Source: an uncultured Peptococcaceae bacterium
GTDB taxonomy: Bacteria; Bacillota; Dehalobacteriia; UBA4068
Assembly: GCA_949289995.1 (NCBI GenBank)
Contig: CASEQE010000009.1
Location: forward strand, 5,706 to 69,705
Direction of reading: 5' to 3'
DNA length: 64,000 bases
The notes beneath the pieces were generated by a model. It was not told the DNA's origin and searched no databases. It saw only the letters and a list, made by a program, of their open reading frames with translations. Of this stretch, positions 58,396 to 64,000 are shown one piece after another (within the stretch, counting starts at the first letter, position 1; each line of letters starts with the position of its first letter). The translations under genes were made by a program, and so were the position numbers.

Positions 58396-59601
58396 TCATT
58401 CGCCGTCCGCAACTTTCGCGATATGTTTAACGGTTTTTTTACGGCAATACAAGCCAACGCAAATCAGCGACGTTAACGGTATGGTCAACAAAATGCCAAA
58501 GCTACCGGCCAAAGCCTGCAATATCGCTACTACGATCATTTCTAAATTTAGTAATTCCAATATATTATCGTTATAGGCCGCCATCAACAGCGTCAAACAT
58601 AAATCGCTGCCAATATAAGCCAACACCAAGGTATTGGCCATGGTTCCCATAATATCCCGACCAATATTCATGCCGGAAGCGATCAAAGCCTTGGGCGAAA
58701 TATCCGGAGAATTGTGTTTCAACTCGTTTAAAGCGGAAGCCAGATCCATCGCCACATCCATGATAGCGCCCATAGCGCCAATAATAATAGCGGCAAAGAC
58801 AATGCCATGTAAATCGATTGGATGATTCGGATCCAGCAATTGTAAATACAAAGTATCCTCATCAATCATGCCCGTCAACCGTAACACTTTATCCATAATG
58901 ACGGTGATAATACCGGCGGCCGCCACGCCGGCGAAGCAACCGGCGCCGGCAGCGAAGCTTTTTGCAGAAGCTCCGTTAATTAACAACATCGTGCTAATGA
59001 TAACATACACGCAAGTTACCACCGAGCCTAGATAAATGTTTTCTCCGTTCAGCACGGCAGGCACAAAAACCGAAAATACAGACAAGCAGGTAAATACTAA
59101 CGCAATAAGGGTGTGTAATCCTTTCCAGCGGCCAAAAAATAGCAAACATAAAGCAAATATCACCGCCAAAATGATCAAAGCGTCGCTACGCAAATACTCC
59201 AACATCGTCCACTCTGCATCAGAACTGCCATCGGCATTAGGCGAAATCAAGACTTTATCGCCGACGCTTACTTCTTCCAAAACCGGATAATATGTAGGAT
59301 CAACAATTTGGCAAGCGACAACTTCCGCTCCCTTATCTTCGCCGCTCAAGACCTGCGCTCGGAAATAAACGTATTTGATGGTTTGCACCGTATCAGAGCT
59401 GATAGGAATATCCGTGGATCGGCTGGCGACAATCGTTTCAACCTGCGCTTTTACCGTATTTTGGCTATATACCGACTGTCGCTCGCCCTCTTGATGCGCC
59501 CATAGGCTGCCGGCCCATATATATGCAATAGAAAAAATAATGGTTAAAACAAAAATCAACAAATTTTTTTTATTTAAAGGTTGTATATCTCTTTTTTTCA
59601 T
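58396..59601 (-). CDS. YibE/F family membrane protein
   Basis: N-terminal TM plus an extracytoplasmic domain, then a 6-7 TM YibE/F-like core. Start set at MKKRDIQ after GGGAG. Confidence 0.55.
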   Translation of the reverse strand: MKKRDIQPLNKKNLLIFVLTIIFSIAYIWAGSLWAHQEGERQSVYSQNTVKAQVETIVASRSTDIPISSDTVQTIKYVYFRAQVLSGEDKGAEVVACQIVDPTYYPVLEEVSVGDKVLISPNADGSSDAEWTMLEYLRSDALIILAVIFALCLLFFGRWKGLHTLIALVFTCLSVFSVFVPAVLNGENIYLGSVVTCVYVIISTMLLINGASAKSFAAGAGCFAGVAAAGIITVIMDKVLRLTGMIDEDTLYLQLLDPNHPIDLHGIVFAAIIIGAMGAIMDVAMDLASALNELKHNSPDISPKALIASGMNIGRDIMGTMANTLVLAYIGSDLCLTLLMAAYNDNILELLNLEMIVVAILQALAGSFGILLTIPLTSLICVGLYCRKKTVKHIAKVADGE

Positions 59602-59624
59602 CAAACTAGCTCCCGTAGATTTGT

Positions 59625-60824
59625 TCAATTTGGCTGATAATGTTTAGCCAACCCTCCTTCCCCGGTTTCTCGATATTTGCTAAACAAATCTCGACCGGTT
59701 TCATACATGGTTTTCACCACGGTATCAAAAGAAATTTTTCGTGCATAGGTAAGAAAATTGGCCAATGATAAAGCGTTGATAGCGCGCATAGCCGCCACGG
59801 CATTTCGTTCGATACAAGGAATTTGTACCAATCCGGCCACGGGATCGCAAGTTAACCCCAAATGGTGTTCCAAAGCTACTTCGGCGGCATATTCAATTTG
59901 ATCCCAATCCATATCGTGCAAAGCGGCTAAAGCCGCCGCCGCCATGGAACAAGCGCTGCCGATTTCCGCCTGACAACCACATTCCGCCCCGCTGATGGAA
60001 GCATTGGTCTTGATTATATTGCCGATCAATCCAGCCGTCGCCAAAGCGCGCAAAATATCTTGATCCGTAAACCCCCGTTTATCCTGCATATATAATAGTA
60101 CGGATGGCAATACGCCGCAGGAACCGCAGGTCGGCGCGGTAACAATTTGGCCGCCGCTAGCGTTTTCTTCCGCCGCAGCAAAGGCGTAGGCGCAAACCAT
60201 ACGACATTCCCTGGTTTCGCTGGTCTCATCCATGTGCTTTTGTTGATATAAAAAACGGGCTTTGCGCAATACATGCAAGCCGCCGGCCAATTCCCCTTCC
60301 GCCGACAAACCGGCATAAATCTCATTTTTCATCGCCAACCAAATATCGGCTAAAAACAGCCATATTTCCGGCCCCTCCATTTGCTCCACATATTGCCAAC
60401 ATGTCAAAGCTTTATCGTGACAATACTCTTTAAGCTCCGTAAAACGGCGATGGGGGTATACGTCTGCCGCCGTTTCCCGTTCTTCCCCTTGGATAAGGAT
60501 TTTTCCTCCACCCACGCTTTCCACACGACATGTGCCGCAAACCGTACCATTGGTCAACGCCAATAAATCCATGGTATTCGGGTGGGCTACGGGCGTATGG
60601 GTATCAAAAACGATTGCGCAATCCTTGGGAGCAAAAACCTTTTGAATCGCCTGATCGGTTAAATGTCCCCGTCCAGTTTTCGCCAAAGAGCCATATAGCA
60701 CCGCCTGAAAGGAATGGGCATGAGGAAAACGTTCTTTGAAAATGCGGGCTGCTTTTTCCGGCCCCATGGTATGGGAACTGGAAGGTCCTCTGCCAATACG
60801 ATACAGTTCTCTTAGGGATTCCAT
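59625..60824 (-). CDS. sdaA: L-serine dehydratase, Fe-S dependent, single-chain (beta-alpha fused)
   Basis: N-terminal beta-type motif IGRGPSSSHTMGP and the alpha-type Cys cluster (PTCGSCG...ECGCQAEIGSACS). Start MESLREL after GGGAGG. Confidence 0.8.
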   Translation of the reverse strand: MESLRELYRIGRGPSSSHTMGPEKAARIFKERFPHAHSFQAVLYGSLAKTGRGHLTDQAIQKVFAPKDCAIVFDTHTPVAHPNTMDLLALTNGTVCGTCRVESVGGGKILIQGEERETAADVYPHRRFTELKEYCHDKALTCWQYVEQMEGPEIWLFLADIWLAMKNEIYAGLSAEGELAGGLHVLRKARFLYQQKHMDETSETRECRMVCAYAFAAAEENASGGQIVTAPTCGSCGVLPSVLLYMQDKRGFTDQDILRALATAGLIGNIIKTNASISGAECGCQAEIGSACSMAAAALAALHDMDWDQIEYAAEVALEHHLGLTCDPVAGLVQIPCIERNAVAAMRAINALSLANFLTYARKISFDTVVKTMYETGRDLFSKYRETGEGGLAKHYQPN

Positions 60825-60947
60825 GTTCCGCCTCCCAATCATTCTTTACCGCATCAACGCCATAGATATTATAACACAGAGGCGGCAAATTCAAAATCTT
60901 TTTCCTGCCATTCGTCTATTATTCAAAACAAAAAATTAATCAAGATT

Positions 60948-60975
60948 TTGCATTACTGTAAGAATGTGGTATAAT
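60948..60975 (+). promoter_or_regulatory. Near-consensus sigma-A promoter with extended -10
   Basis: TTGCAT, 16-nt spacer, TGgTATAAT. It lies about 65 nt upstream of the DUF2156 gene start. Confidence 0.55.
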
Positions 60976-61039
60976 ATAGCGAATGGTAAATCATCTTTGT
61001 TTTTCTATTTATTTTATACGCTACCGATAGGAGCCATAT

Positions 61040-61930
61040 ATGCAATATCGACCCATTACCCTTGCGGACAAACCGCTTTTCGATCAATTTCTATCCCTAC
61101 GCAGACATTCGTTAATCACCTATAACTTCGCTAATTTATTTCTCTGGCGCCATTGGGACCGTTTTTCCTGGCAAATATTGAACGATGCTCTGTGCATCAA
61201 AAGCGAATACAACAATCGTTCCATGGCTTTACCCCCTATTTGCGCCAGCGACCAAGGTATTTTAGCAACCACCGAACGGCTCATTCGTCAATATCAAGCC
61301 AACGGCCTACCCTTTATTATGACCGAGGTTTCTCAGGATATGTGGGATTTATTTGCACAAGCCTGGCCAGGACGTTTTCAAGCGGAAGCCCATCGCAGCG
61401 GCGCCAACTATATATACCGGCGGGAAGATTTGGCCAATCTAAAAGGCAAACGCTACGACTCCAAACGGAATCACATCCACCGCTTTGAAAAAGAATATCC
61501 AAACTATCAATTTGTTCCTTTATGCCAAGATTTGGTAGCCTTATGCAAACAAAGGCAGACGGAATGGCGTTACAGTCATGATCCCAACGACCAACAACTT
61601 ATCCTGGAAGAACAGGGGATCATGGAAGCTTTGGATCATTTTCAAGAATTAAATCTAAGCGGCGCCTGTTTATTGATCGACGATCATGTGGAAGGTTTTA
61701 CAATCGGCGACCGGTTAGATGACCAAACTTGGGCGGTGCATATTGAAAAAGGCAATATGAATATCCATGGTTCCTATCAAATCGTCAACCAACTGTACGC
61801 TCGAGATTATTGCCAGAACGTGCTTTACGTCAACCGTGCGGAAGATATGGGCGACCTTGGATTGCGCAAATCTAAACTAAGTTATCATCCATATCGTTTG
61901 GAAAACAAATATTTACTTTGCTTGCAATAG
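61040..61930 (+). CDS. DUF2156-family protein (standalone homolog of the aminoacyl-phosphatidylglycerol synthase C-terminal domain)
   Basis: 296 aa and soluble. Resembles the MprF/LPG-synthase C-terminal (aa-tRNA-dependent transferase, GNAT-like) domain. That assignment rests on my recollection of the family and has not been checked against a profile. Confidence 0.45.
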   Translation: MQYRPITLADKPLFDQFLSLRRHSLITYNFANLFLWRHWDRFSWQILNDALCIKSEYNNRSMALPPICASDQGILATTERLIRQYQANGLPFIMTEVSQDMWDLFAQAWPGRFQAEAHRSGANYIYRREDLANLKGKRYDSKRNHIHRFEKEYPNYQFVPLCQDLVALCKQRQTEWRYSHDPNDQQLILEEQGIMEALDHFQELNLSGACLLIDDHVEGFTIGDRLDDQTWAVHIEKGNMNIHGSYQIVNQLYARDYCQNVLYVNRAEDMGDLGLRKSKLSYHPYRLENKYLLCLQ

Positions 61931-61962
61931 ATGGCAAACAGCATAATCGTTATGAGGATATT

Positions 61963-62463
61963 ATGGGTAAGCGCGACTATATAACCATTATCGTCACCTT
62001 AATCTTGCTTTTAATCGGTACGCAGATTTTTCATGTGCTGCGCTATAATCAATTACGCCAAGAAATTGTCGGCGAATTCTGCGAACAATGCGCCGGTCTA
62101 TCCCAAGTTCTCGCAGATATCGCGTCGACCGGCATGGAAAATACGCCCCTGCCTCAGAAAATTGCCGACGGGCAAAGAATCGCCTATACGCTAACTGCAT
62201 TGGTCAATCATTTAGGGACAAGCGATCTAGAAACGGCGCAAATAAGCGAATTAACCATGTTCATTTGGCAAATTCCAACATACTTGGCGCAAAGCGCCCC
62301 GGGAAACGATTATTGGCAAAATATTGCCGTTTTATCGAATCTTTTCGATGATTTTGCCTCCTGCAGCCATGAAAAAGACGTAGCTGCCGCGTTATATCAA
62401 TCCATGCATGATGAAGCGACGCTTAGCGCGGTTTGCGCCGATATATTAAATTATGGAGAATAA
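61963..62463 (+). CDS. Hypothetical protein with a single N-terminal TM helix
   Basis: About 166 aa starting at ATG 61963 with a GAGGA RBS. It is 30 nt after the DUF2156 stop and overlaps the GNAT start by 11 nt. Confidence 0.45.
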   Translation: MGKRDYITIIVTLILLLIGTQIFHVLRYNQLRQEIVGEFCEQCAGLSQVLADIASTGMENTPLPQKIADGQRIAYTLTALVNHLGTSDLETAQISELTMFIWQIPTYLAQSAPGNDYWQNIAVLSNLFDDFASCSHEKDVAAALYQSMHDEATLSAVCADILNYGE

Positions 62464-63343
62464 ACGTACGCCCATCCGTATCGGCTATGCCGCCGCCCAG
62501 GATAAACAGGCGGTTATGGCATTATGGGCAAAAGATTTTGAAAGCTATGAACCATATTATAGCTGGTACTTCTCTTACGTATACCGGCCGGAACGCACGC
62601 TGGTAGCTTGGACTGGCAATCGTTTGGCCGCTTGCGTACAAATCGCCCCCTATACCATATCTTTTCCCCAGGGGCCCCGGCCAGCAGCCTATCTGGTAGG
62701 CGTAATTACCGAGCCCGCCCTGCGCGGCCAGGGTATCGCTAGACGGCTTTTGCTTTATACATTAGCCCGTTTGCAACAGCAGGGATATACGGCAGCATTA
62801 TTGTATACCGATATTCCTCAATTCTACCGTCCATTGGGTTTCCGCTATGCCTATGCCCTGCGACGTATTTCGTTACCGGCGTGCCGGCAAGATACTGCCG
62901 CCGGTTGGCAAAAAGCTACCGACGTTCATCCATCGATTCAACAATGCGCCGCCATATATCGTTGCATGACAGCCCCTTGGCGCGGGTATATCATCCGCAA
63001 CGATACCAACTGGCGGACGTTGTTGGGAGAACTGCAATGCGACCAAGGCGTCATATGGATTTTGCCGCAACAAGCTTACGTTTTGGCTTATCCCGAGGAC
63101 GACGATTTGATTATAAGAGAAATCGGCTATACGAACCAAGAATCCCTACAAGCTGCGTTATCTCTCTGTAGCCGCTTAGCGTTTGACGGCGGTTTTCGTC
63201 ATTGCCGGTGGCTAGCTCCTTTGACGGCGCCGCTACCTCAGGATACGCTAGGGAAAACCGTTCCCTTCGTGATGGCCAAATCTTTAACCGACGTCCCTTA
63301 TTTGCAACTATCCGCAGCCAACTGGATTAATGAATACACCTAA
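62453..63343 (+). CDS. GNAT-family N-acetyltransferase with a C-terminal extension
   Basis: Acetyl-CoA-binding motif (VGVITEPALRGQGIARRLL) in the N-terminal about 170 aa, plus about 120 aa of extra C-terminal domain. Confidence 0.6.
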   Translation: MENKRTPIRIGYAAAQDKQAVMALWAKDFESYEPYYSWYFSYVYRPERTLVAWTGNRLAACVQIAPYTISFPQGPRPAAYLVGVITEPALRGQGIARRLLLYTLARLQQQGYTAALLYTDIPQFYRPLGFRYAYALRRISLPACRQDTAAGWQKATDVHPSIQQCAAIYRCMTAPWRGYIIRNDTNWRTLLGELQCDQGVIWILPQQAYVLAYPEDDDLIIREIGYTNQESLQAALSLCSRLAFDGGFRHCRWLAPLTAPLPQDTLGKTVPFVMAKSLTDVPYLQLSAANWINEYT

Positions 63344-63359
63344 AAAGGAGACGCATATC

Positions 63360-64000
63360 ATGAAACAATATCGCCGGGGCGATGAAAATCTAGCTTTTTT
63401 GCTACGCTATGAAAATATTGCTTGGTATGAAGCGGGCAGCGTCCGCATCTTAGACCGGCGAATCTATCCGACAAAAAAAGAATTCGTTGTTTGCCACAAA
63501 TATCAAGAGGTAGCCCAGGCCATTGCGGATATGGTAACCCAAAGCGCGGGTCCATATTACGCCGCCGCCATGGGCATGGCCCTGGCGGCTTGGCAATGCC
63601 GTGAGAGCGCCGATCCCTTGGGATATTTAACGCAAGCCGCATATACGTTAAGCCATGCCCGTCCCACCACCAGCGTACGTATGGAGGCGGTAACCCAAGG
63701 CTGCTTGCGCGCCGCTGGGCAAGCATTGGCAGCCGGCCGCCCGCTGGATCAAGCCATCTTCGCTTATTCTCTGGATATGCTAGAAGCCAGATACCGCCGT
63801 ATCGCCCAAACCGCCGTCTACTTGGTAGATCTTTTCCCACAAAAAGGTTGCATTATGACCCAATGTTTCGCCGAAACTATTGTTGGCGCCATGTTGCGGG
63901 AAGCAGATGAAAGAGGCTATGATATTTCCCTAATCTGTCCGGAAACACGGCCCTATTTGCAGGGAGCCAGATTAACCGCTTCCGTGGCTTGCGATCAAGG
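63360..64000 (+). CDS. eIF-2B alpha/beta/delta-like family protein (MtnA / ribose-1,5-bisphosphate isomerase family), 3' end outside the window
   Basis: The frame is open to the window end. CPETRPYLQGARLTA matches the MtnA CETRPVLQGSRLTA block, and GCIMTQCFAE aligns with RIMTICNAGS. The N-terminal RGAPAIG block is divergent (QSAGPYYAAAMG). Confidence 0.55.
   Translation, partial: MKQYRRGDENLAFLLRYENIAWYEAGSVRILDRRIYPTKKEFVVCHKYQEVAQAIADMVTQSAGPYYAAAMGMALAAWQCRESADPLGYLTQAAYTLSHARPTTSVRMEAVTQGCLRAAGQALAAGRPLDQAIFAYSLDMLEARYRRIAQTAVYLVDLFPQKGCIMTQCFAETIVGAMLREADERGYDISLICPETRPYLQGARLTASVACDQ

Noticed and set aside
63358-63840. 160-aa minus-strand ORF from the six-frame track
   Set aside because: It lies antisense to a much better-supported plus-strand gene. 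That gene is the MtnA/eIF-2B family ORF starting at 63360, open to the window end, with conserved family motifs. The minus-strand translation is Arg/Pro/Gly-rich, which is typical of an antisense artefact.
1-64000. CRISPR arrays, transposases or other mobile elements
   Set aside because: Reading both strands, I found no regularly spaced direct-repeat arrays and no transposase, integrase or recombinase-like ORFs. The only repeats are short regulatory-scale ones, listed as findings.

Overview
This 64 kb window looks like core chromosome from a spore-forming Firmicute with about 50% GC. SLH-domain proteins and an E. coli-type (type A) RNase P RNA hint at a Negativicutes/Clostridia-like lineage, but that is inference. 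It does not look like a mobile island: many blocks match known Bacillus-type synteny, namely dgt-dnaG-sigA, der-plsY-gpsA-spoIVA, secA-prfB, scpA-scpB, spoIIAA-spoIIAB-sigF and spoIVB-spo0A. There is no CRISPR array, transposase or integrase.

Sporulation genes are dense: spoIIE, spoIVA, cwlD, the spoIIA operon, spoIVB and spo0A. Other protein-coding content:
- A 2-oxoacid:ferredoxin oxidoreductase (alpha, beta, gamma) followed by an aminotransferase.
- An SBP-less CUT2/BMP-type ABC importer.
- Split transketolase, pta, argG, thrC, trmB, trmK, trpS and tadA.
- NAD salvage genes (nudC, pncA, pncB), selA and a one-chain L-serine dehydratase.

RNA and regulatory features recognised directly from sequence:
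- A type-A RNase P RNA on the minus strand.
- A tRNA-Ile2-like tRNA with a CAU anticodon, flanked by its own consensus promoter and terminator.
- A tRNA-Sec candidate (UCA anticodon, 8/5 acceptor/T-stem, 6-bp D-stem with a 4-nt loop) immediately downstream of selA.
- An FMN riboswitch with a terminator platform upstream of an ECF riboflavin S-component.
- The programmed +1 frameshift of prfB (CTT TGA C).

The items most worth follow-up:
- An operon under a near-consensus promoter encoding a standalone DUF2156 (MprF-C-like) protein, a small membrane protein and a GNAT.
- The selA/tRNA-Sec locus with its atypical tRNA stems.
- An ACT-domain-fused butyrate kinase.
- A TrpRS carrying a Cx17CxxCx6Cx2C cluster like the T. 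maritima Fe-S enzyme.
- A Cys-rich transglutaminase-like protein with three SLH domains, convergent on spoIVA.

All start sites were chosen from RBS context by eye. No database searches or computations were run.
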